Below the pieces are notes generated by a model. That model was not told the origin of the DNA. It saw nothing but the letters and a program-made list of their open reading frames with translations, and searched no databases. This document shows, in pieces, positions 12,850 through 23,535 of a stretch of 64,000 bases of DNA. The stretch lies in contig JAPDFW010000136.1 in NCBI GenBank assembly GCA_028826165.1, positions 124,001 to 188,000 of the forward strand. The letters are read 5' to 3'. Within the stretch, counting starts at the first letter, position 1. Every line of letters begins with the position of its first letter. The position numbers and the translations under genes are program-made. Source of the stretch: Anaeramoeba ignava BMAN. Its lineage: Eukaryota; Protista; Anaeramoebae.

Positions 12850-14997
12850 ATGGAAAACGATAAAGAAGAAAAAAAAACAAAATCTCAAGCAGAACCAACT
12901 CTTCCAGAAGAGGAAAGAAAAGTTGGAAACACCGAAACAACTGAAAAAAGCAAACCCAAAGCGGATAGAAACGAAGATCAAGAAAAAATTGAGTTTGAAG
13001 CTGATTTACTTGACAAAGCATTTAAACCGATAAAAAAAGCAAATGTGATTCTTTTTGACAATCAATTAACAATTCAATTTGAAGATGAAAAACACACGTC
13101 AAACCTTGAAGAAGTTAAAATAGCTATCAATCCAAAAAAACCGACAGCTTTACGTTTATCAATTGAAAACGAAGTTTATTTCTTGAGTTTCTCAAACGAA
13201 TCTCAAGTGATTGCAATACGTGAAAGATTACAAGTCTCACAAACACCAAAAGAAATGGAAAATCCAGAAATTGCGGATAGAAACGAAGATCAAGAAAAAA
13301 TTGAGTTTGAAGCTGATTTACTTGACAAAGCATTTAAACCGATAAAAAAAGCAAATGTGATTCTTTTTGACAATCAATTAACAATTCAATTTGAAGATGA
13401 AAAACACACGTCAAATTTTGAAGAAGTTAAAATAGCTATCAATCCAAAAAAACCGACAGCTTTACGTTTATCAATTGAAAACGAAGTTTATTTCTTGAGT
13501 TTCTCAAACAAATCTCAAGTGATTGCAATACGTGAAAGATTACAAGTCTCACAAACACCAAAAGAAATGGAAAATCCAGAAATTGAAGAACATAACGGAA
13601 ACAAAAATGACAGTTTTTTTTCCAGTGAATATACAGCTAAAAAATATCCAGTAACTGTTTTTAATGAGACAACAAACGACTCTGAAAAAGGCGAGGCAGT
13701 TCTTAGTAAACTTGCTTTCCAACTCAAATTTGGCGAGACAATTTTTCCCAATTTAATGAAAAATAACGTCAGTTTTAAGCCGGAAAACGATCCAAAAAAA
13801 ATTCGACTTTTTTTCACTGAGCAAAAAAAAGGATTTTCCAGCATCGAAAAAAAAAACGATCTTGTCCTCGAATTTTTAAGCGAACATGCTTGTTCTGATT
13901 TCCAGGAAACCTTCCGCAACCGCAATTTTGAAAGAGAATACTCGTTTACTGTTGATCTTCTCAATGAAAAATATGAAAAGATTTCGCAAGCAAAATTGGT
14001 TCTTTTATCGCGAGTTATCAAAATTGTTATCGATGATACAACAACGCAAACGCCAATTTTTTCTGTCAAAGCCTCTTATAAAGAAAGACTTATTCGCCTT
14101 CAAATTTCCGATTCCAAATTTTATTATTTTTCTTTTTCTAGCACAAAAGCTCAAAGTCAATTTTTTCGCCTTTTTAAAGATGCTTATCAGGCATTGAAGT
14201 TAAAGCAAAAAGAAGCAGATAAAATTTCAACGGAATCCAAATTTTACGCTCAAATGGTCAGCAAATCAAAGCAAAATCTCGGAAAAGTTGACATCTCTTT
14301 GAGTTCTCTTCATTTCTTAATCAATTCGGAAAATCAAAATGATCCGCCAGAAAACTTGTTCAAAAAAAATTTAACTGTCAAAGAGCATCCAAATGACAAA
14401 ACAATTTTGATAGTTCTTACTGTAAAACAAAAGAAAAACATTTCGGATTGTTCAACTTCACTGTCAACTTATATTAAATTTGAAACGGAAGAAATTCGCG
14501 ATAATTTCAAATTCAAACTCACAAAATGTTTGGAAGAGTTTGAAAAAAGAGAAAAACTTCTTGGCGAAACAAAACAAGAGCAAACGACAATTCAAGAGCA
14601 AAAACACGAAACACCAAAAACAACTGACACAAACCAAGAGCAAAAACAAGAAGAGCAAAAACAAGATGAGCAAAAACATGATGAGCAAAAACATGATGAT
14701 CAAATTAAAGTTTTTCAAGTTGATCTAATGGATCGAAACATGACAATGATTGAAAAAACTCAACTTGAAATTCATGAAGACGAATTAATTGTTAAAACAA
14801 GTTATTCTTCTTATTCTTCAAAAAAAACTCCAATTATTGGCTTAAAAACTCATCCAACTCGTGTTGATTTATTAATGATCCAATTTTCCGACACAAATCG
14901 ATTCATTTATAAATTTTCAGATCCTTCTTTAAGAGCAGAATTTATTGAACTTTATAAATCAAAATTTTCAGAAGATATTGAGAAAAAAAACAATTAA
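12850..14997 (+). CDS. Intronless protein of about 6 tandem ~100-aa PH-like repeats, copy A (715 aa)
   Basis: Long ORF. The repeats begin F.VDLL(D/N)...K..L and end F.F.S....R..F. PH-like fold is inferred from the beta-rich pattern with a terminal helix. Confidence 0.75.
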   Translation: MENDKEEKKTKSQAEPTLPEEERKVGNTETTEKSKPKADRNEDQEKIEFEADLLDKAFKPIKKANVILFDNQLTIQFEDEKHTSNLEEVKIAINPKKPTALRLSIENEVYFLSFSNESQVIAIRERLQVSQTPKEMENPEIADRNEDQEKIEFEADLLDKAFKPIKKANVILFDNQLTIQFEDEKHTSNFEEVKIAINPKKPTALRLSIENEVYFLSFSNKSQVIAIRERLQVSQTPKEMENPEIEEHNGNKNDSFFSSEYTAKKYPVTVFNETTNDSEKGEAVLSKLAFQLKFGETIFPNLMKNNVSFKPENDPKKIRLFFTEQKKGFSSIEKKNDLVLEFLSEHACSDFQETFRNRNFEREYSFTVDLLNEKYEKISQAKLVLLSRVIKIVIDDTTTQTPIFSVKASYKERLIRLQISDSKFYYFSFSSTKAQSQFFRLFKDAYQALKLKQKEADKISTESKFYAQMVSKSKQNLGKVDISLSSLHFLINSENQNDPPENLFKKNLTVKEHPNDKTILIVLTVKQKKNISDCSTSLSTYIKFETEEIRDNFKFKLTKCLEEFEKREKLLGETKQEQTTIQEQKHETPKTTDTNQEQKQEEQKQDEQKHDEQKHDDQIKVFQVDLMDRNMTMIEKTQLEIHEDELIVKTSYSSYSSKKTPIIGLKTHPTRVDLLMIQFSDTNRFIYKFSDPSLRAEFIELYKSKFSEDIEKKNN
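12961..13584 (+). repeat. 312-bp in-frame tandem duplication (one domain)
   Basis: gcggatagaaacgaagatcaag occurs at 12961 and 13273; 715-611 = 104 aa. Confidence 0.95.
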
Positions 14998-15254
14998 TTT
15001 TTTCTTTCTTCTTTTTTTTTTTTCCTTTTCTTCATCTTTAATTTTTTTTTTTCTTTCTTTTTCAAATAACAACAACAAAACAAAAATAAAATTAATTATT
15101 AATTTAAATTTATTCTTATTTTTTATATTTTTATTTATTTTCAAAATCCACTTTTTTTATTCATTTTTTTTTTTTAAATTTTTTTTTTTCATTTTTTTCC
15201 TTTTTTTTAAAAACAAAAACAACAAAAAACAAAAAACAAAAAACAAAAAACAAA

Positions 15255-16805
15255 ATGGATAATAATAATAATAACCAAATTCAAAATGCAAATCAAAATC
15301 AAAATCAAAATGAAATGAAAAATTTAGAAAAAAAAGTAACAAAAAATTTAATTAAAGATTATTCAAACCTTTTAAATGGAAATTCATTTAAAGACTTTTC
15401 AATTTTTGTTGAGAATAAATCAAATCCTTTTGAAATTAAAGTTCATAAATCAATTTTATCTTCAAGATCTCCTTTTTTTAATGAATCATTAAGGCAAGAA
15501 TCTCTTTCTATTTCTTTAAATCAATTTAATAAAAAAGAAATGGAATCAATTTTGAGTTATATTTATTATGGAAATATTTCTTTTGAGAATCAAGAAAATC
15601 TTATTCAATTATTAGAAATTTCAATTTATTTTAAATTAAATTTATTGAAAGAAATTATTCAAAAAAAAATTTTAAATTCAATTAATTATTCAAATTTTTT
15701 CCAATTTTTATTCCAAAATTGAAATTTAAATTCAAATGAAATTGAAATAAAATGTTTTGAATTAATAAATCAAAATTTTTCCCAAATTCAAAATAATGAG
15801 AATTTATTCAATTTAACTAAAGAAGAAATTATCAAATTTATTCAATTTAAACAAGAAAAAAAAGAAATTTTTCAATTTGATTTCTTTCAATTTTTAAATA
15901 ATTGGATTAAAAAAAGAGTTAAATCATTAAAATTAAAGAAATCTAAGCACAAAATGAATGAAAAGAAAAGATTATTTCATTCTTTTTTTTCATTATTTGA
16001 TAAAGATTCAATTTCAAAACAAGATTTTGATAAATTAAAACAATTTGATTTTTTTCCTAAATCTTTTTTAGTTGATATTCAAAACAAAGTTATTCAAGAT
16101 AATCAAAAAGAAATTGAAAACAAAGAGAAGGAAATTGAAGATAAATGGAAGAAAGAAGTTGAGAAAATGAAACCTGTTTTTGATGAATATGAAAAAGAAT
16201 TTAAAGAAATCCAAAAGAAATTGGAACCAATCAGAAAGAATTTTCCTCAATTTTCAGAAACAAGAATTATTACAGAAGAAGAATATGTTAAAAAATTACA
16301 AGAATGGATAAATGATAATGATTTTTTTTCTAAAATGAAAAAAGGATTTTCAGCAAAAAGAGATGGATTTAATTCTCAAAATTGGCATAAAGCAGTTGAT
16401 GGGAAAAGAGAAACATTAGTTATTATCAAAACAAAACAAAATTTTATTTTTGGAGGTTTTACTCAAGTTGGATTTAAACATTCACAAAGTGGAGGATGCA
16501 TTAATGATTCAAATGCATTTATTTTTTCATTAAGAAATGATAAAGGGGATAGAATACCTGCAAAGTTTACATATAAAAATGATGGTTATGCAATTCATTC
16601 TGGTTTAAGTTATGGTCCAACATTTGGTTATGAAGGAAATCCTGATTTCGGTTTTAATTCTAATTTAAAAGTTGGTTATTCAAATTTTGGTAATAGTTAT
16701 AATCTACCTAATGGAATTACTTATGAATCAAATGAAGCTAAAAGTTATTTAGCTGGTTCTTATAAATCATGGGTTGTTGATGAACTTGAAACTTATTTCA
16801 TTTAA
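15255..16805 (+). pseudogene. BTB-BACK-coiled coil-TLDc protein interrupted by a single in-frame TGA (15720-15722)
   Basis: BTB (KDFSIFV...IKVHKSILSSRSPFF) and TLDc (FSAKRDGF...VIIKT..FIFGGFT...AFIFSL...GPTFG). 15723-15953 is open and in frame with both flanking ORFs. Intronless. Confidence 0.75.
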
Positions 16806-17274
16806 AAAATTAATTAATAATAAGAAAATCAAACTTTTTTTTTTTAATTTTTTTTTTCAAAATTTAATTCAATTTTAATTTACTTTTAATCAAATTAATT
16901 TCTTTAAAATAATAAATAAGAAACAAATTTAATTTTAAATAATTTAATTTTAATTTAAAATATTTATTAAAAATTTAATTAATAAAAAATAATCCAAAAA
17001 AAAAAATAATAAATTTTAAAAAATTGAATATTTTTAATATAATAAATAAAAATAAAAATTGAAAATAGAAATTAATAATAATTAAATTTAAATTCATTAA
17101 TTAAAATATTAAAATAAAAATCAAATAAAATTTATTATTAATTAATATTTAAATATTAATAAATTATAATCAAAATCAAAAAATAGAATAATTAGTAAAT
17201 TATTTTTTTAGAAAGTTTATCTTATTCAATCATGTTAAATTCAATTTATTTAAAATTTTTTAATTTTTTAATTT

Positions 17275-17605
17275 TATTTTTTAATATATTTTATTATAAT
17301 TAAAATTGGAATAATAAATAAATAAAAATATTAAGTTAATAAATAATAACATTATATTAAATTAAAATAGAATAAATTTAAATTAAATTATTATTAAATA
17401 TTATTAAAATTAAATACTTATCTTTATTAAAATATTTATTCCACTTTTTAATATATTTTATTATAATTAAAATTGAAATAATAAATAATCAAAAATATTA
17501 ATATAATAAATAAAAATATTATATCAAATTAAAATAAAATAAATTTAAATTAAATTATTATTAAATATTATTAAAATTAAATATATATCTTTATTAAAAT
17601 ATTTC
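17275..17605. repeat. 167-bp tandem doublet, intergenic
   Basis: Anchors attg(g/a)a at 17305 and 17472; tctttattaaaatattt at 17421 and 17588. Confidence 0.85.
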
Positions 17606-17617
17606 AATTTTCTTTTC

Positions 17618-18482
17618 AATTTTATTAAATTATTGAGAATAATTTTATATTATTTTAAATAAAGAAATATTAATAAAATATATAAAATATAATTAATTTC
17701 AAATTTAATTATTTAATATTCTTAATTCCATTTTTGAAATAAATTAATAAAAATATTTTATTAATTTTATTTAATTATTGGGAATAATTTTATATTATTT
17801 TTAAATAAAGAAATATTAATAAAATATATAAAATATAATTAATTTTGAAATTTAGTTATTTAATATTCTTTATTCCATTTTTGAAATAAAATTAATTAAA
17901 ATATTTTATTAATTTTATTAAATTATTGGGAATTATTTTATATTATTTTTAAATAAAGAAATATTAATAAATATATAAAATATAATTAATTTGAAATTTA
18001 GTTATTTAATATTCTTTATTCCATTTTTGAAATAAATTAATTAAAATATTTTATTTATTTTATTAAATTATTGGGAATTATTTTATATTATTTTAAATAA
18101 AAGAAATATTAATAAATATATAAAATATAATTAATTTGAAATTTAGTTATTTAATATTCTTTTATTCCATTTTTGAAATAAATTAATTAAAATATTTTAT
18201 TAATTTTATTAAATTATTGGGAATTATTTTTATATTATTTTAAATAAAGAAATATTAATAAAAATATATAAAATAGAATTAATTTCAAATTTAATTATTT
18301 AATATTCCTTATTTCATTTTTGAAATAAATTAATTAAAACATTTTATTAATTTTATTAAATTATTTAGAATAAGTTTATATTATTTTAAATAAAGAAATA
18401 TTAATAAAATATATAAAATATAATTAATTTCAAATTTAATTATTTAATATTCTTAATTCCATTTTTGAAATAAATTAATTAA
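17618..18482. repeat. Intergenic tandem array, about 146-bp unit x6
   Basis: g(g/a)gaat-type anchor at 17635, 17780, 17928, 18073, 18219, 18366 (steps 145-148). Confidence 0.93.
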
Positions 18483-18809
18483 AAAGATTTTATAATTGAA
18501 AGAAAAGAAAAACAATATAAATTTCCTAAATTAATATTAATAATGAGAAGTGAATTATATCGAGGAATGTTTTTATCTGTAAATGAATATACTTCTAATA
18601 AAGTTACAGATTATAGTGAATTAAGTGATAAATCATTTCAAATATTTGAATATTGGATTTATTCAAATCAAATTAAAGAAGAAATTGAAATTACACAAAA
18701 AATAATTGAAGAAATTAAAACTGGAATTGATTATTTTCAATTAAATCAAACAAATCCAAATTTATTTGATTTAATAATTAACAAAATTAAAATTAAAATT
18801 AAAATTTAA
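18481..18809 (+). pseudogene. 5'-truncated duplicate of the RCC1-BTB gene (last BTB domain only)
   Basis: Sequence from 18481 matches 10391 onward (aaaaagattttataattgaaagaaaagaaaaacaatat...). It directly abuts the 146-bp array and has no upstream coding sequence. Confidence 0.85.
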
Positions 18810-18892
18810 ATTAAAATTAAAATAAAAATCATTTTTCATTTTACATTTTTAATTTTTTTAATTTTTTAATTTAAAAACAAAAGAAAAGAAGA

Positions 18893-21068
18893 ATGCAAAT
18901 AATAATAATAACAATAATAATAATTACACTATTATTTGGAGAAGTATTAAACCAATGTTTTATATATAGCGATTGTACGAGTTGTTTAGAAAACGAATGT
19001 TCACTATGGTGTGAGTATACATTTGGAGTTGGGATATGTATTGAAGGAGAAGGGAGTTGTTATGGAAGAGAAGTAAACTACGTAGAAGAATGTCACAATG
19101 AAACGAATTGCGGTTCATATGATTGCTATTCGTGTATTAACGCTGATGAAAGTGAGAGATGCAATTGGTGTGATTGGTCTTCAGGTTTTGGATTGTGTTT
19201 TGATTCCGCTCAAAATGCTAATTATTATCTTTGTCCTTATGAAAATGTTATCGATCCAAATCTTCAGTCTTTTGATTGCTCTTATGGTTGCTCTTCTAAT
19301 TCTGCTTGTAGTGAATGCCAAGCAGATACTTCTTGTAGTTGGTGTGATTTGGATGGAATTGCTTCTTGTGTTGCTAAAGAATCTTGTGTCTCTCCTCTTT
19401 CTTGTCTTGGTTGTATGTTTTTTATTTATTAATTTATTTATTAATTTATTTATAAATTTATTTACAAATTTATTTACAAATTTATTTACTAATTTATTTA
19501 TTAATTTATTTACAAATTTATTTACAAATTTATTTATTAATTTATTTATTAATTTATTTATTAATTTATTTATTAATTTATTTATTAATTTATTTATTAA
19601 TTTATTTATTAATTTATTTATTAAATTTATTTATAAATTTATTTATTAATTTATTTACAAATTTATTTATTAATTTTATTTATTAAATTATTTATTAAAT
19701 TATTTATTAATTTATTTATTAATTTATTTACAAATTTATTTATTAATTTTATTTATTAAATTATTTATTAAATTTATTTATAAATTAATTTCAAAATCGG
19801 ATAAAAATTTATTTATTAATTTATTTATCAATTTATTTATTAATTTATTTTAATTTATTTATTAATTTATTTATTAATTTATTTATTAATTTATTTATCA
19901 ATTTTATTTATAAATTTATTTTTATTAATTTATTTATTAATTTATTTATTAATTTTATTTTTATTAAATTATTTTTATTAAATTTATTTATAATTTATTT
20001 ATTAATTTATTTACAAATTTATTTTACAAATTTATTTACAAATCGGATAAAAATTTATTTATTAATTTATTTATTAATTTATTTATTAATATATTTACAA
20101 ATTTATTTATTAATTTATTTATAAATTTATTTACAAATTTATTTATTAATTTATTTATAAATTTATTTATTAATTTATTTATTAATTTATTTACTAAATT
20201 TATTTACAAATTTATTTCAAAATCGGATAAAAATTTATTTATTAATTTATTTATTAATTTATTTACAAATTTATTTATTAATTTATTTACAAATTTATTT
20301 ATAAATTTATTTATTAATTTATTTACAAAATTTATTTATTAATTTATTTATTAATTTATTTCAAAATCGGATAAAAATTTATTTATTAATTTATTTATTA
20401 ATTTATTTATTAATTTATTTACAAATCGGATAAAAATTTATTTACAAAATTATTTATTAATTTATTTATTAATATATTTACAAATTTATTTATTAATTTA
20501 TTTATTAATATATTTACAAATTTATTTATTAATTTATTTACAAATTTATTTACAAATTTATTTACAAATTTATTTATTAATTTATTTATTAATTTATTTA
20601 TTAATTAATTTCAAAATCGGATAAAAATTTATTAAAAAATTAAAAGGCGCTTCAATTTCAGGATGTGGAAATTGTTTATTGGAAAATTGCTTCTATTTCC
20701 AAAACATAACACCAAGTTGGATTGATGGAGAAATCGCATATAACGGAATCTGTCAATCATCAACACAAAATCCACCATCAGGAACAATTCTCATCAACAA
20801 CACAGAAGAATGCCAAGAATTCATTGACGAATGTTCACCTGAAGAAACATGCACAGGTTGTTTAAATACTGAAAATTGTGGTTGGTGTTTGGATTCTGAA
20901 GAAAGCCCTATTGAAAACGGTCGATGTAAACATGCTTTGGAAATTATTAATAAAGAAGATATTTGTCCTTATCTTCGTGTGTCTTGTTTTGATGGATCTT
21001 TCGCTTCATTTCTTTCTCTCAGTTTATTCACCTTTTGTTTTTCTCTTTCCGTTTTATTTTTCTTTTGA
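18893..21068 (+). CDS. Cys-rich PSI-like surface protein, paralog 3 (near-identical duplicate of paralog 2)
   Basis: Exon 1 18893-19412, intron 19413-20646, exon 2 20647-21068. Confidence 0.85.
19423..20610 (+). repeat. Intronic 12-bp repeat aatttattt(att/aca)
   Basis: Fills intron 19413-20646. Confidence 0.95.
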
Positions 21069-21311
21069 AAATTCTTTATTCTTCTTTTAAAAAAAAAAGA
21101 AAATTGTTTCGTCAAGTTTTATTCAATTATTTTTATTTTTAATCATTTTTAATTTTAATCATTTTTAATTTTAATTTTTTTATTTAAAAAAAGAAGAAAA
21201 AAAAATTTTTTTCAAATTTTCATTTTTTCATTTTTTTCATTTTTTTCTTTTAAATTTAACAACTCATCATAAAAAAGCAAAAAAAAAACAACAAAAAAAA
21301 AGAAAAAAAAA

Positions 21312-23147
21312 ATGGAAAACGATAAAGAAGAAAAAAAAACAAAATCTCAAGCAGAACCAAGTCTTCCAGAAGAGGAAAGAAAAGTTGGAAACACCGAAAC
21401 AACTGAAAAAAGCAAACCCAAAGCGGATAGAAACGAAGATCAAGAAAAAATTGAGTTTGAAGCTGATTTACTTGACAAAGCATTTAAACCGATAAAAAAA
21501 GCAAATGTGATTCTTTTTGACAATCAATTAACAATTCAATTTGAAGATGAAAAACACACGTCAAATTTTGAAGAAGTTAAAATAGCTATCAATCCAAAAA
21601 AACCGACAGCTTTACGTTTATCAATTGAAAACGAAGTTTATTTCTTGAGTTTCTCAAAAGAATCTCAAGTGATTGCAATACGTGAAAGATTACAAGTCTC
21701 ACAAACACCAAAAGAAATGGAAAATCCAGAAATTGAAGAACATAACGGAAACAAAAATGACAGTTTTTTTTCCAGTGAATCTGCAGCTAAAAAATATCCA
21801 GTAACTGTTTTTAATGAGACAACAAATGACACTGAAAAAGGCGAGGCAGTTCTTAGTAAACTTGCTTTCCAACTCAAATTTGGCGAGACAATTTTTCCCA
21901 ATTTAATGAAAAATAACGTCAGTTTTAAGCCGGAAAACGATCCAAAAAAAATTCGACTTTTTTTCACTGAGCAAAAAAAAGGATTTTGCAGCATCAAAAA
22001 AAAAAACGATCTTGTCCTCGAATTTTTAAGCGAACATGCTTGTTCTGATTTCCAGGAAACCTTCCGCAACCGCAATTTTGAGAGAGAATACTCGTTTACT
22101 GTTGATCTTCTCAATGAAAAATATGAAAAGATTTCGCAAGCAAAATTGGTTCTTTTATCGCGAGTTATCAAAATTGTTATCGATGATACAACAACGCAAA
22201 CGTCAATTGTTTCTGTCAAAGCCACTTCTAAAGGAAGAATTATTCGCCTTCAAATTTCCGATTCCAAAATTTATTATTTTTCTTTTTCTGATGCAAAATC
22301 CCAAAATCAATTTTTTCGCCTTTTTAAAGATGCCTATCAGGCATTGAAGTTAAAGCAAAAAGAAGCAGATAAAATTTCAACGGAATCCAAATTTTACGCT
22401 CAAATGGTCAACAAATCAAAGCAAAACCTCGGAAAAGTTGACATCTCTTTGAGTTCTCTTCATTTCTTAATCAATTCGGAAAATCAAAATGATCCGCCAG
22501 AAAACTTGTTCAAAAAAAATTTAACTGTCAAAGAGCATCCAAATGACAAAACAATTTTGATAGTTCTTACTGCAAAACAAAAGAAAAACATTTGGGATTG
22601 TTCAACTTCACTGTCAACTTATATTAAATTTGAAACGGAAGAAATTCGTGATAATTTCAAATTCAAACTCACAAAATGTTTGGAAGAGTTTGAAAAAAGA
22701 GAAAAACTTCTTGGCGAAACAAAACAAGAGCAAACGACAATTCAAGAGCAAAAATACGAAACACCAAAAACAAATGACACAAACCAAGAGCAAAAACAAG
22801 ATGAGCAAAAACATGATGATCAAAAACATGATGATCAAAAACATGATGAGCAAATTAAAGTTTTTCAAGTTGATCTAATGGATCAAAACACGACAATGAT
22901 TGAAAAAACTCAACTTGAAATTCATGAAGACGAATTAATTGTTAAAACAAGTTATTCTTCTTATTCTTCAAAAAAAACTCCAATTATTGGTTTCAAAATT
23001 CATCCAACTCATGATGATTTATTAATGATCCAATTTTCCGGCACAAGTCGATTCATTTATAAATTTTCAGATCCTTCTTTAAGAGCAGAATTTATTGAAC
23101 TTTATAAATCAAAATTTTCGGAAGATATTGAGAAAAAAAACAATTAA
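21312..23147 (+). CDS. PH-like repeat protein, copy B (611 aa)
   Basis: Near-identical to 12850-14997 but lacks the 104-aa internal duplication. Confidence 0.75.
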   Translation: MENDKEEKKTKSQAEPSLPEEERKVGNTETTEKSKPKADRNEDQEKIEFEADLLDKAFKPIKKANVILFDNQLTIQFEDEKHTSNFEEVKIAINPKKPTALRLSIENEVYFLSFSKESQVIAIRERLQVSQTPKEMENPEIEEHNGNKNDSFFSSESAAKKYPVTVFNETTNDTEKGEAVLSKLAFQLKFGETIFPNLMKNNVSFKPENDPKKIRLFFTEQKKGFCSIKKKNDLVLEFLSEHACSDFQETFRNRNFEREYSFTVDLLNEKYEKISQAKLVLLSRVIKIVIDDTTTQTSIVSVKATSKGRIIRLQISDSKIYYFSFSDAKSQNQFFRLFKDAYQALKLKQKEADKISTESKFYAQMVNKSKQNLGKVDISLSSLHFLINSENQNDPPENLFKKNLTVKEHPNDKTILIVLTAKQKKNIWDCSTSLSTYIKFETEEIRDNFKFKLTKCLEEFEKREKLLGETKQEQTTIQEQKYETPKTNDTNQEQKQDEQKHDDQKHDDQKHDEQIKVFQVDLMDQNTTMIEKTQLEIHEDELIVKTSYSSYSSKKTPIIGFKIHPTHDDLLMIQFSGTSRFIYKFSDPSLRAEFIELYKSKFSEDIEKKNN

Positions 23148-23535
23148 TTTTTTCTTTCTTTTTTTTTTCCTTTTCTTCATCTTTAATTTTTTTTTTCTTT
23201 CTTTTTCAAATAACAACAACAAAACAACAATAAAAAAAAAAATTAAACAAAAAAAAATTAGTAATTTTTTTATTTGTGACGTTTTTCATATTTTATTTTA
23301 TTTTAAAAGAAAACAAAAAGAAAAAATTATTTAAAATCAATCAAAAAAAAAGTTTTTTTTTTCATTTTTCATTTTTCATTTTTTTATTTCCTTTTTTTTT
23401 TTATAAAACTTTTTACTTCTTATTCTTTTTTTTTTTTTGCTTTTTACTCTTTGACTTTTTCTCTGTTAATTCCTTTTAATTTCTTAAAAACCAAAAAAAA
23501 AAATTTATATTAAAAAACAAAAAAAAAAATTTTCA

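Larger units (their letters stand above)
10391..15080 (+). repeat. Segmental duplication, copy 1 (about 4.7 kb)
   Basis: Matches 18481-~23228: BTB tail, Cys-rich gene, PH-like gene, ending near caaataacaacaacaaaacaa. Confidence 0.95.
18481..23228 (+). repeat. Segmental duplication, copy 2
   Basis: Direct near-identical copy of 10391-15080. Confidence 0.95.

Noticed and set aside
13515-14069. Antisense ORFs (13515-14069, 21665-22225)
   Set aside because: Shadow ORFs opposite real coding sequence with no recognisable motifs.
15720-15722. TGA reassignment (alternative genetic code)
   Set aside because: TGA is the true stop of G-alpha, eIF5A and DnaJA in this window, and Trp is encoded by TGG.
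15080-18480. Autonomous transposon between the duplicated segments
   Set aside because: No transposase or RT ORF and no terminal inverted repeats or LTRs were recognised.
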